Positions 1 through 10,991 of a stretch of 64,000 bases of DNA are shown one piece after another. How positions within the stretch are numbered: position 1 is the stretch's first letter; every line of letters starts with the position of its first letter. Where the stretch lies: NCBI GenBank assembly GCA_013239625.1, contig MU054194.1, positions 122,120 to 186,119 of the forward strand. The letters are read 5' to 3'. This DNA is from Lama guanicoe. Its lineage: Eukaryota. The notes beneath the pieces are model-generated. The model ran no database searches and was not told the origin of the DNA. It saw nothing but the letters and a program-made list of their open reading frames with translations. The translations under genes and the position numbers were made by a program.

Positions 1-867
1 ATGTGGATGACTTGCTGTTAGCCAGCCCCAGTGAAGAGGACTGTTGGAAAGGAACTCGAGCCCTCCTAGGGTTACTCCAAACAACTGGGTACAAGGTCTC
101 GTGGAAAAAGGCCCAGATCTGCATAAAGACAGTCAAATACTTGGGATTTATTACCTCAGAGGGACACCGAGCCCTAGCACCAGAACGAAAGCAAGTTATT
201 TACGCCATAACCACACCAGAAACAAAAAGAAAACTGCAAGAGTTCCTGGTCGCAGCTGGGTTTTGCCGGATCTGGATCCCCGTGTTTTCAAGAATAGCCA
301 AGCCCCTCTACGAAGCAACTGCTGGATCAGGAAAAGAAACCCTCAAATGGGAAACTAAACAAGAAAATGCCTTTAGGCAATTAAAGAAACTACTAACTCT
401 ATCCCCAGCACCAGACTTACCAGATGTAACACGAGCGTTTAATTTGTTTGTACATGAAAGAGACCAAACTGCTCTTGGAGTCCTAACTCAGACTGTGGGG
501 CCATGGCAGCGCCCTGTGGCCTATTTATCTAAAAGACTGGACCCTGTAGCATCAGGATGGCCACCCTGTTTATGGGCCCTCGCTGCCATAGCCCTCCTGG
601 TCAATGAGGCAGACAAACTCACACTGGGACAGACTTTAAATGTAAAAGTGCCCCATTCTGTGGTGCCCCTGATGAACGGCCCAGGTTACAAATGGATAAC
701 TAACACAAGGATGACCCACTACCAGGGGCTTCTATGTGAAAATCCAAGAGTCCGTCTAGAGACTGTGCAAACTTTAAACCCAGCCACATATTTGCCTGAG
801 GCGGAAGGCAGCCTGACCACAACTGTGAAGAAATCATTGAAGAGGTGTATACAAGCAGGCCTGATCT
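1..867 (+). pseudogene. pol: ERV pol, 5' part (RT catalytic region, thumb/connection) of the host provirus
   Basis: Starts with (Y)VDDLLLA, followed by GYKVSWKKAQ, VKYLG, GFCRIWIP, RPVAYLSKRLD, GWPPCL and TLNPAT, all gammaretroviral RT motifs. Frameshift near 812. Interrupted after SRPDL by an LTR. Confidence 0.95.
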
Positions 868-1303
868 TTTATGGAAATGACAGGCCAGCCAAGAAACAAG
901 TACCACTCGGAGGGTTGGAGTACTCAGATTTATTACCCCGGCGGTCTCAGAGGGGCTACTGCTCCGAAGCTCTGAGCACCTCCAAGACATGTGCATGAGG
1001 GTTTATAGGGTTAATTACAAGCTTGGGGTATTTGGCCAATAGGAATGGAACAGCTTTAGCAACATCATTATCACCAAAGTAGAGGCAGGGAGGCAGCAAA
1101 CCAACATTTCAAGGCCAGATATTTCTCTTTGAACATCCAGCTGGCTAGCAAAAAATAAAAAATCATGAACAGGGAATCAGCAAAACAACAATAATTAACT
1201 CAGATTTACAAGTTAGCCCAGTAGAACTCAGATCAGTAATCCGACATTGTTGCACTTAGATTTGTGAGTTAGCTTGTTAGCCCAGCTGGGCTTTTCCTTC
1301 ACA
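868..1303 (-). mobile_element. ERV LTR (3' LTR of the nested antisense insert)
   Basis: Minus strand begins TGTGAAGG, has TATA-like and AATAAA signals, and is preceded by PPT AAGAGGGGGGAA (1304-1315). Closely similar to four other LTR copies in the window. Confidence 0.93.
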
Positions 1304-1315
1304 TTCCCCCCTCTT

Positions 1316-1580
1316 GATGCTTTCACAAACCTTGTTGGAGTAAGCATCATCATTTACCTGTTGCAGGGGTTCATAATTGGAGGATAAATTCTGAAGTTTT
1401 ATAGTCTTTATCCGCTCACTGACAAAGCGGGTCAGGAAGTTTAGGACACAGGGCCCAAACAGCAGAACTACAAAAATCAGGAATTAGGGACCTATAAACG
1501 GTGCCAGCCAGGAGGTCCAGCCCCAGGGTCCTGTCCATGGGCTCTTATCTAAAACATGTTTTCTTTTCTCCACTCGGTCT
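1316..1580 (-). pseudogene. env: env TM C-terminal remnant
   Basis: Reverse complement reads RVEKRKHVLDKSPWTGPWGWTSWLAPFIGP*...GPCVLNFLTRFVSERIK, matching the env at 10668-10830, and runs into the PPT. Confidence 0.9.
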
Positions 1581-2342
1581 GGGTATGGCGCAAATAACTT
1601 GCTTTCGTTCTGGTGCTAGGGCTCGGTGTCCCTCTGAGGTAATAAATCCCAAGTATTTGACTGTCTTTATGCAGATCTGGGCCTTTTTCCACGAGACCTT
1701 GTACCCAGTTGTTTGGAGTAACCCTAAAAAAGCAAGTTATTTACGCCATACCCACACCAGAAACAAAAAGAAAACTGCGAGGGTTCCTGGTCACAGCTGG
1801 GTTTTGAGGGATCTGGATCCCCGGGTTTTCAAGGACAGCCAAGCCCCTCTACGAAGCAACTGCTGGATCAGGAAAAGAAACCCTCAAATGGGAAACTAAA
1901 CAAGAAAATGCCTTTAGGCAATTAAAGAAACTACTAACTCTATCCCCACCACTAGACTTACCAGATGAAACACGAGAGTTTAATTTGTTTGTACATGAAA
2001 GAGACCAAACTGCTCTTGGAGTCCTAACTCAGACTGTGGGGCCATGGCAGCGCCCTGTGGCCTATTTATCTAAAAGACTGGACCCTGTAGCATCAGAATG
2101 GCCACCCTGTTTATGGGCCCTCGATGCCACAGCCCTCCTGGTCAATGAGGCAGACAAACTCACACTGGGACAGAATTTATATGCAAAAGTGCCCAATTCT
2201 GTGGTGGCCCTGATGAATGGCCCAGGTTACAAAGGGATAACTAACACAAGGATGACTCACTACCAGTGGCTTCTATGTGAAAATCCAAGAATCCGTCTAG
2301 AGACTGTGCAAACCTTAAACCCAGACACATATTTGCCTGAGA
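1581..2342. pseudogene. pol: Rearranged pol fragments: inverted piece (1581-1724, minus) then direct piece (~1728-2342, plus)
   Basis: 1581-1724 is the reverse complement of about 68-212. 1728-2342 repeats about 188-800 (ORF 1985-2374, FVHERDQTALGVL...). Confidence 0.9.
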
Positions 2343-2471
2343 AAGCCTGGTGGTCCATTTTCAGCCCAGACTAGTGGAAACTCTTCTAGGAGTTTACAAG
2401 GATTTTCCTGGAGTTCTCTCCTCTCATACAGACGCCACTCTTCTTCTCGGGGAACTGAGATGGCTAGAATA

Positions 2472-2884
2472 CAGCCAAGAAACAAGCACCACTCGGAGGG
2501 TTGGAGTATTCAGATTTATTACCCCAGCGGTCTCAGAGGGGCTTCAGCTCCGAAGCTCTGAGCACCTCCAAGACGTGTGCATGAGGTTTTATAGGGTTTA
2601 ATACAAGCTTGGGGTATTTGGCCAATAGGCATGGAACAGCTTTAGCAACATCATTATCACAAAAGTAGAGGCAGGGAGGCAGCAAACCAACATTTCAAGG
2701 CCAGATATTTCTCTTTGAACATCCAGCTGGCTAGCAAAAAGAAACATGAACAGGGAATCAGCAAACCAACAATAATTAACTCAGAATTACAAGTTAGCCC
2801 AGCAGAACTCAGATCAGTAATCCAACACTTGTTGCACTTAATTAGATTTGTAGCTTGTTAGCCCAGCTGGGCTTTTCCTTCACA
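2472..2884 (-). mobile_element. ERV LTR (3' LTR, last ~18 nt of U5 missing)
   Basis: Same LTR sequence, with PPT at 2885-2896. Confidence 0.92.
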
Positions 2885-2896
2885 TTCCCCCCTCTT

Positions 2897-3270
2897 GATG
2901 CTTTCACAACCCTTGTTGGAGTAAGCATCATCATTTACCTGTTGCAGGGGCTCATAATTGGATTTTAACTTCTGAAGTTTTACAGTCTCTATCTGCTCAC
3001 TGACAAAGTGGTTCAGGAATTTTAGGACACAGGGTCTAAACAGCAGAACTACAAAAATCAGGAGTTAGGGACCTATGAACGGTGCCAGCCAGGAGGTCAA
3101 GCCCCAGGGTCCTGTCCATGGGCTCTTATCTAAAATACGTTTTCTTTTCTCCACTCGGTATGGGCATGGTGCAGATAACTTGCTTTCGTTCTGGTCCTAG
3201 GGCTCGGTGTCCCTCTGAGATATTAAATCCCAAGTATTTGACTGTCTTTATGCAGATCTGGGCCTTTTTC
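2897..3270 (-). pseudogene. env: env tail (2897-3160) fused to a ~110-bp pol fragment (3161-3270)
   Basis: Same env/pol junction as at 1580 (CCACTCGGT|..TGGG[T/C]ATGG). Confidence 0.88.
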
Positions 3271-4301
3271 ACGTTGGCTTCTTGGCTCCTGCTTTTAGCC
3301 CTTGTATGATGGCCTCCCAGTTTTCACGTAGTGCTTCTCTTCCTTCTTGGGTATTAAAGTCCCAATGTGGTCTGGTGTCAGGGGCACGTGTCATGGCCCA
3401 CACTTCAACATCCATTGTGTCCCCAAGTGCTGGGCCCTGCAGCCATTTTCGTGCTTCAGTGAGAATGCGTCTCCTTTCCTCTGTATTGAAAAGAGTCAGA
3501 AGCAGCTGGCGGACATCTTCCCAGGTGGGCCGGTGAGAAAGGAAGATAGACTCTGAGGTCAATCATAGCCTGCGGCTTTTCAGAGTAGGAAGGAGTGTGA
3601 TGGCGCCAATTGAGAAGGTCTGTGGTGCTAAAAGGTTGGTAGTAGTGTACGGGTGCCCGGGCTGAACAGTCCCGTCTTCCCCAACTTGCTGCGACCCTTG
3701 TGTCTCCGGCAGCAGCATTTGGAGGGCCGGTGGTGCTGGCTTCTCGGCTTGTGCTGAGCGGAGTCTCCTCCCTACCGGCTCAGGCTGGGGGCTGGGCTCT
3801 GCCTCTGGGTCCTCAGTTTGGGGAGGTGGTGACACAGAGGGTGGTGGTGTCTCCAATGGGACTGGAGGTGTTTGTGCCTTGGGGGCATATGGAGGGGGCA
3901 GGCACATCTCGTCTTCTGCGTCTCCCTAGAAAATCGGCTTCTTTCTGTCTGTCTTTTTGGCCTGCACCGGCTGAGCTGCTAATATCTTGCATTGTCCAGG
4001 TCCATTTTAGCAAAACCGAAACCATGGGGGTAGATTGTGGGCGATATTCAGCCAGGAGTCAATGCAAGGGAATTGATCTGGGTGGCCTGGGGTTCCAGTG
4101 ATTATTTGATAGACTGCTCGCACTGTTGCTAGGTCCAGAGTTCCTCCTGAGGGCCACCCGACTCCAAAGGCAGTCCATTCAAGCTCACACAAAGTGCGGA
4201 GCCTGCCAGCGGTCATTCGAATTCCATAGTCTCCCGAGAACCCCGTTTTGAAATTCTTTATCATGCAACTGGAGTGTGGGTTTTCACTTAGGGCCTCCCA
4301 G
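3269..4301 (-). pseudogene. gag: ERV gag (MA, p12, N-terminal CA), frameshifted and truncated
   Basis: MA motifs MIKNFKTGFSGDYG, LCELEW..GVGWP..GTLD and GHPDQFP; PPPY late domain; CA motifs HRPTWEDVRQLLLTLFNTEERRRI and AGAKKPT. Ends in a deletion into pol. Confidence 0.93.
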
Positions 4302-5457
4302 TCTTTTAGATGTTTAAGGATAATAGTTCTTTTGCTTTAGATGTTTGGGAAGGTAGCCTTTATATCTTTTTCTTCTTCACACTTCTAAACACTGGAGTTT
4401 CCAGAGAGACTGCTCTCTTGCTGGGTCTATGAGTTGTTTGAAGGCTAACTTGGTCAGGGCCTCTGGGTTCCAGTCACAGCTGATGTCTCTGGATCTCAAG
4501 GCCTCAAGCAGTTTCAGGGACTTTCTTCATTAAATCCTCTCTATATTCTGAACTACCATGTCAGGGGCGTGGGACTGACGGCAGATGGTAAAACAAATGG
4601 ACTAGAAAAGGGTCCTCCAAGGCCGGGCAAGCCCGGTCCTGAAGGAATTCATCTTCTAAACTTGAGTCCTGGAGGTCTGAGGCTAGGCAAAAGGGGCATT
4701 ACTTGGGTCAGTTCAGTAGGGGAACACTAAATCTTGGGTGTTCTGTGACAGAGTCAGGTAGGAGACTTTCTCAAAGAAATACCATCCTAGCCTCCGAGGG
4801 CACAGGGGCGTTGACTCATTGGCTGTCTATGTCTTTTTCCCTCCCTGTGTAGCCACCCTGTGCCGGTGTCGCAGACAAGACAAGGGAGGGTTTTCATTGC
4901 GTCCACCTGGCTACTCCCCTCGCGGGGAAGAAGGTGCCTCTTAGCTTTGGCGGGTCAGTATAAGCCACTGACACTGATCAGGACCCTGAGGGACCGATAC
5001 CGCCCTGAGCCGTATGAGGTCACCACGGAACCGCAGGTTGGGACTCACTCGAACTCCGTAGCAAAATGCCCTGGAGCTACAAAGTCGAGCCTGATCGCAT
5101 GCTTCACAGACCTCTTATTCACTCACACACACACACTGAGGTTAACAACAGTCCTCCCACCAATTTTAATATCCTGTTTCCTGTAGGAGGGGATCAGCCT
5201 CCTCTTCTGTCCAATGGGACAGGACCTGATTTCTGCCGGTGGATCCTACCTTGTCCGGACGGCCACCTGGTGAGTCTGTCCGTCCCTCCACGGAGTCTGA
5301 CTCTGGTTGTAGCCCAGGCATCCGGGGGTGCCGAGTTGCCGTCACGAAAGGGAACACGGAATACCGTCGGGCGGAGCCACCTAGTTCACTGCAGGAGTCT
5401 CTTTCCCCGATCGGCTGGAGCCACCATTACAGCGGCTCAAGTGGCCGGCGTGGTTGT

Positions 5458-5475
5458 ATCTCGCTGGGGCATCCA
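5458..5475 (-). promoter_or_regulatory. Primer-binding site, tRNA-Thr (1 mismatch)
   Basis: + strand ATCTCGCTGGGGCATCCA versus the tRNA-Thr(UGU) 3' end ATCTCGCTGGGGCCTCCA; 4 nt from the LTR. Confidence 0.85.
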
Positions 5476-5479
5476 GAAA

Positions 5480-5910
5480 TGTTACGGAAATGACAGGCCA
5501 GCCAAGAAACAAGCACCAAACGGAGGGTTGGAGTACTCAGATTTATTACGCGGGCGGGCTCAGAGGGGCTTTTGCTCCGAAGCTCTGAGCACCTCCAAGA
5601 CATGTACATGAGCTTTTATAGGGTTAATTTCAAGCTTGGGGTATTTGGCCAATAGGTATGGAACAGCTTTAGCAACATCATTATCACAAAAGTAGAGGGA
5701 GTGAGGCAGCAAACCAACATTTCAAGGCCAGATATGTCTCTATGAATATCCAGCTGACTAGCAAAAAAACATGAACAGGGAATCAGCAAACCAACAATAA
5801 TTAACTCAGGTTTACAAGTTAGCCCAGAAGAACCCAGATCAGTAATCCAACACTTGTTACACTAAGATTTGTGAGTTAGCTTGTTAGCCGAACTGGGCTT
5901 TTCTTTCACA
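5480..5910 (-). mobile_element. ERV LTR (5' LTR of the internally deleted provirus 2472-5910)
   Basis: TG...CA termini (TGTTACGG...TTCACA), adjacent to a PBS; satellite on the other side. Confidence 0.95.
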
Positions 5911-6946
5911 AAACCACAGTAAGTGTTTCTCCTGCAACCCATTCCCTTTGTGCTAGATGAACGAACGTCTCTCCAGATCCTCAGTTCTGAGATATAAGTG
6001 TGTGTGAAAGCCGTCTTTCACCTGGCTTCTTGGGAACACAAAGTTTTTTAAGTTGGAATCTGCACTACATACATATATAAGGTAAAGTACTAGCTCCTAC
6101 TCGGTTTTACAGTGAAAACTGCAGGAACTTCAAACCGGCACTAGGAAACAGCCTCAGAAATCAGAGTACGTGTTTATCATGAAACCCGTTCCCCTTGTGC
6201 TAGATGAACGAATGTCTCTCCACATGCTCACTTCAGGGAGATATATGCGAGTGAAAGCTGTTCTTTACTTAGCTTGTTGGAAACACAAAGTTTCTTTTCA
6301 GTTGGAAACTACACTACAAACATATATTTGGGGAGGTATTAGCTCCAACTCGGATTTACAGTGAAAATAGCAGGAACTTCAAACCGGCACTAGGAAACAG
6401 ACTGAGAAACCAGAGAAGTTGTTTCTCCTGCAAACCGTTCAAATTGTGCTAGATGAATGAAAGTCTCTCCACATGCTCAGTTCTGAGGGATAAGTGCGTG
6501 TGAAAGCCATCCTTCACCTAGATTGTTGGGAACAAGTTTCTTTTCAGTTGGAAACTACACAAGATACATATAAAAGGGGAGTTACAAGCTCCAACTCGGT
6601 TTTACAGTGAAAACAGCAGGAATTTCAAACCGGCACTAGGAAACAGACTGAGAAAACAGAGTAAGTATTTCTACTGCAACCCGTTCTTTGTTCAGGATAA
6701 ACGAATGTCTCTCCACATGCTCAGATCTGAGAGATTAGTGCGTGTGAAAGCCGTCCTTCACCTAGCTTGTTGGGAACACAAAGTTTCTTTTCTTTAGGAA
6801 ACTACACTGCACACATATATATGAGACGGTACCAGCTCCAAATTGATTTTGGATTGAAAACTGCAGGAACGTCAAACCGGCCCTAGGAAACTGACTGAGT
6901 CACCAGAGTAAGTGTTTCTCTTGCAACCCGTTCCCATTGTGCTAGA
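5911..6946. repeat. Satellite array, ~4.2 monomers of ~247 bp
   Basis: Monomer starts near 5911, 6158, 6407, 6653 and 6899. Recurring motifs TGTGCTAGATGAA, GTGAAAGCCGTC, TTGGGAACACAAAGTTT and CAAACCGGCACTAGGAAAC. Confidence 0.95.
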
Positions 6947-7033
6947 TCTGCGCCACCTTCGTTCGCTGCCTCAGACCCGTCCCCCGGTCGGCCGGAGCCA
7001 CCAGTCCAGCGGCTCAAAATTCGGCGTGGTAGT

Positions 7034-7051
7034 ATCTCGCTGGGGCCTCCA
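7034..7051 (-). promoter_or_regulatory. Primer-binding site, tRNA-Thr(UGU)
   Basis: Minus strand TGGAGGCCCCAGCGAGAT, complementary to the last 18 nt of mammalian tRNA-Thr(UGU) as I recall it. Confidence 0.9.
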
Positions 7052-7055
7052 GAAA

Positions 7056-7489
7056 TGTTATGGAAATGACAGGCCAGCCTAGAAACAAGCACTACTCGGA
7101 GGGTTGTATTACTCAGATTTATTACGCTGGCGGGCTCAGAGGTGCTTCTGCTCCGAAGCTCTGAGCACCTCCAAGACGTGTGCATGAGGTTTTATAGGGT
7201 TAATTACAAGCTTAGGGTATTTGGCCAATAGGCATGAACAGCTTTAGCAACATCATTATCACCAAAGTAGAGGCAGGGAGGCAGCAAACCAACATTTCAA
7301 GGCCAGATATTTCTCTTTGAACATCCAGCTGGCTAGGAAAAAATAAAACATGAACAGGGAATCAGCAAACCAACAATAAGTAACTCAGGTTTACAAGTTA
7401 GCCCAGCAGAACTCAGATCGGTAATCCGACACTTGTTACACATAGATTTGTGAGTTAGCATGTTAGTCCACCTGGGCTTTTCATTCACA
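7056..7489 (-). mobile_element. ERV LTR (outer 5' LTR of the nested insert)
   Basis: TGTTATGG...TTCACA, followed by ATCT (7490-7493), which duplicates 864-867. Confidence 0.95.
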
Positions 7490-9229
7490 ATCTAACCGAC
7501 ATGCCCCTGCAAAACCCAGACCTGGAACTTTTCTGAGACGGCAGGTGTTACATGCAAGTTGGACAACGGCGTGCAGGTTACGCTGTAACTACAACCCGAG
7601 AGGTAATAAAGGCAGAATCCCTTCCCCCAGGATGGTCTGTTCAGCGAGCAGAGATCTGGGCACTGTTCCAGGCACTAAGGGAGGGGAAAGAAAAGCAAAT
7701 CAATATATACACTGATTCCAAATATGCATTTGCTAACTTGCATGTACCTGGAGCCATCTATAAGGAGAGAGGACTTTTGACTGCAGGGGAAAAGAAATCA
7801 AAAACAAAGAAGAAATTTTACAGTTACTGGAGACAGTATGGGATCCAAAGGTAGTGGCTGTTATTCACTGTAAGGGACACCAAAGAGGAAATGACCCTGT
7901 GAGCCAGGGGAACAGGCTAGCTTATAAAAAGGCAAGAGAAGCAGCCGCCTGGGAACACTCAGCAATTAAAGTTATGGCAGCGCCAGAGCTACCCACTGCT
8001 CCAGAATATAGTCACGAAGAAAACAAGTGGGCACATGCTGAACGAGGGGAGAAAGGAAAGGACGGATGGTGGATCATGATGGATGGAAGGGTTTTCACCC
8101 CAGAACGACTAGCTTATCATTTAGTCCAACAACAACACGAAGCCACACATATGGGAAAAACGGCTTTGGAGGCCCTCTTAAAGCGATATTTCCTAATTTC
8201 TCGTCTCCCTACTCTATGTGCATCAGTTTCCCAACGCTGCTTGCTCTGTGCACAAAACAATCCAAAACAAGGGCTCACTGGGCCAATGGGAATACAACGG
8301 TGTGGATTGGCTCCCTTTGAAGATTTAGAAGTGGACTTTACTGAACTTGGGCCCAGTAAGGGATATAAGTACCTGCTGGTTTTCGTCTGCACCTTCACAG
8401 GGTGGGTCGAGGCCTACCCCACCAGGACAGAGAAAGCAAGAAAAGTGACAAAGGCTCTCCTCAGGGATGTTATCCCTCGATTTGGAGTGCCTACCTCCAT
8501 CGGGTCTGACAATGGACATGCCTTTGTGTCAGAAATTGTACAGCAAGTGGCAAAGGCACTGAGCATCCGCTGAAACCTGCACACAGCATACTGGCCTCGA
8601 AGCTCAGGGAAGGTGGAACAAATGAACAGAACTCTAAAACAAATTATAGCTAAAATCAGCCAAGAAACCCAACTCCCCTGGGTGGACATTCTACCCCGGC
8701 TCTGTTGCGAATTAGATGCACCCCAAGATTTAATATTGGGTACTCTCCCTATGAAATCCTCTATGGGGGACCGCCACCTTTAGTCAGGATGAGAAATCCC
8801 ACCCCAGAAATAGGAAATTTAGGGATCCACCAAAAACTGTTGGAACTAGGAAAAGTACTACGAGAAGTTTGGGGTTGGGTGATAGAGAAAACCCCCATTT
8901 CATTAGGGGTTCAAGTGCATCCCCATAAACCAGGTGACCAGGTATGGGTGAAGGATTGGAAAAAGGAACCTCTCAAACCAACATGGAAGGGACCATATTT
9001 AGTGGTATTAACTACTCCTACAGCTGTTAAAGTTGCAGGAATCGTCCCTTGGATCCACCACTCCAGAGTCAAGAGAGCAACTGCACCTCAGACAGAGGGT
9101 CCCTGGAAAATTGAGAGTGTCCCGGGAGACCCGCTCAAGATCAAGATCAAGAGGGACCAGAAAAGGATCGACGAGCCCTGCTCTAGCCACACCCGGAAGC
9201 TGGCTAGTCAACGCACGGCCGAAGCTTGA
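7490..9229 (+). pseudogene. pol: ERV pol, 3' part (RNase H and integrase) of the host provirus
   Basis: Resumes exactly as L-TDMPLQNPD. RNase H motifs RRAGYAV, YTDSKYAF and AVIHCKGHQ; integrase motifs HEATH..CLLC, EVDFTE, SDNG, SSGKVEQMN and WKGPY. Stops (e.g. 8571-8573) and frameshifts near 7790 and 8703. Confidence 0.95.
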
Positions 9230-9416
9230 GGAAAGCTCAACGCAGCTGTTAAATATATTTCTTTTGTGCTCCCTTGCCTCTTTCCTTGTTTTCTATACCA
9301 GTCTGCGTATTAGCAGTGGGGCTAGCTAGCGCCACCCCACCTGACTGGAACATAGGCCATAAAATCCTGATAGCTATTTTATATCTTCTTATAATTAGTG
9401 CCATCACTGCAGCATC

Positions 9417-10831
9417 ATGTCTAAGATAATCATAAGGCTGATGTTACTAATGCTAATGTCCTCACTCTCCTTGGCTGTACAGTGCACCTGCATGGAACCG
9501 GGTGACAGGTGGTCCATATACCGGCCTGTATTTTCAGCTTATACTTATCAGCCGAGTCAATGCTATGACTCCGCTTCAGAGTGCACATATCAGGGAAAAT
9601 CCTACTGGATTGGCACAATTAAGGCTTATTATGTATCTAGCATCAAATGCTATGGCACACCCGGCAAGCTGGTGTGCTGGACCAAGCAAACACATTATGG
9701 GATGAGTGATGGAGGGGGCGTACAGGACCAGGCACGCCGGCAAGCAGTCCAACAAGCTGTCCAGAGGCAACACCGGAAGTTATTACCTACCCGGAAGCCA
9801 ATAAAACTTCCATCTTTAGCCGAGCCTCGGGATCTGGATCCACAAATAAATGGGCTGTTTGCTGCAGTCCATGGGATTCTCAAACATTCCAATCCAGACC
9901 TGGCTAAAGATTGCTGGCTATGCTTGTGTCCTGGCCCCATCCAGCACCTGGCTTTACCTTTGACAACCCTCAATAAGACTTTCACCACAACTCATAGCGA
10001 TGCCGTTTCTTCCACTAGGAGTTCCAGGCTGAACTGGGTACAGCTCGCCTACAAGGCACCAGAATGTTATTTCAACAATGGAACTAATCCTTTAGAGGGC
10101 AATCTAACTATAAATCAATGTATTAAAATCTCTCACTGTATGGGTCTAGGGTGCCAACCCACACAAGGATGGTGTTCTAATAACGGGACTTATTTTGTAT
10201 GTGGCGAATTTGCCTACGGTGCCTCCCTGCCAGATGGGCTGGATTATGTGCTTTGGCTTATCTCACTCACTGAATAGACATTATGCCTAATAATCAAAGT
10301 CTGCCCATCCCTGTCATAACTCACCAGCATCCACGGAGAATAAAACGAGCTATACAATTGATCCCCTTCCAAGTGGGGCTCGGAGTGGCAGCAGGGGTAG
10401 GCACAGGAATCGGGGGCATCACCTCTTCCTCTTATTACTGTTATCAGCTTACAGGTGAATTCAGCCACGATCTCCAACAAATAGTAGAAACACTGGGAAC
10501 TCTGCAAAATCAGACTGACTCTCTCGCCGAGGTGGTCTTACGAAACAGGAGGGGTATGGACTTAACTCACGGCCAAAGAGGGGGGACTATGCCTCTTCCT
10601 AAACGAAGAGTGATGTTTTTATGCCAATCAAATAGAAATTGTCAGAGGAATGGTTCAAGAGTTACAAGACCGAGTGAAAAAAAGAAAACATATTTTTGAT
10701 AAGAGCCCATGGACAGGACCCTGGGGCTGGACCTCCTGGCTGGCACCGTTCATAGGTCCCTTACTCCTGATTTTTGCAGTTCTGCTGTTTGGGCCCTGTG
10801 TCCTAAACTTCCTGACCCACTTTGTCAGTGA
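9417..10831 (+). pseudogene. env: Gamma-type env, frameshifted, C-terminus replaced
   Basis: Signal peptide, SDGGGVQD, CWLC isomerase motif, RIKR furin site, fusion peptide, ISD-like LRNRRGMDL, CX6CC with a TGA in place of a Cys, and a TM helix. Frameshifts near 10215 and 10565. Confidence 0.93.
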
Positions 10832-10991
10832 AATTCCGGTAAGTATCTTGTGGGTGATTCTTATTCTCTTCCTCTAGAATTATGTTGCTTAATTTCTGAA
10901 TAAGTGATGCTTTCACAGAGCTCAAAATTCCAAAGGCTTGAGTGCCACCACTCTCCCGAAGCCTTTCAAACTTTTCCTTGGGGGCATTCAG

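Noticed and set aside
5911..6946. CRISPR-like array or CENP-B box in the periodic repeat
   Set aside because: Whole monomers are homologous with no unique spacers, and I saw no TTCG-N4-A-N2-CGGG match by eye.
9417..10877. Co-opted (syncytin-like) env
   Set aside because: Two frameshifts, a stop in CX6CC and a replaced tail. Only a 286-aa SU-part ORF is open and nothing here shows selection.
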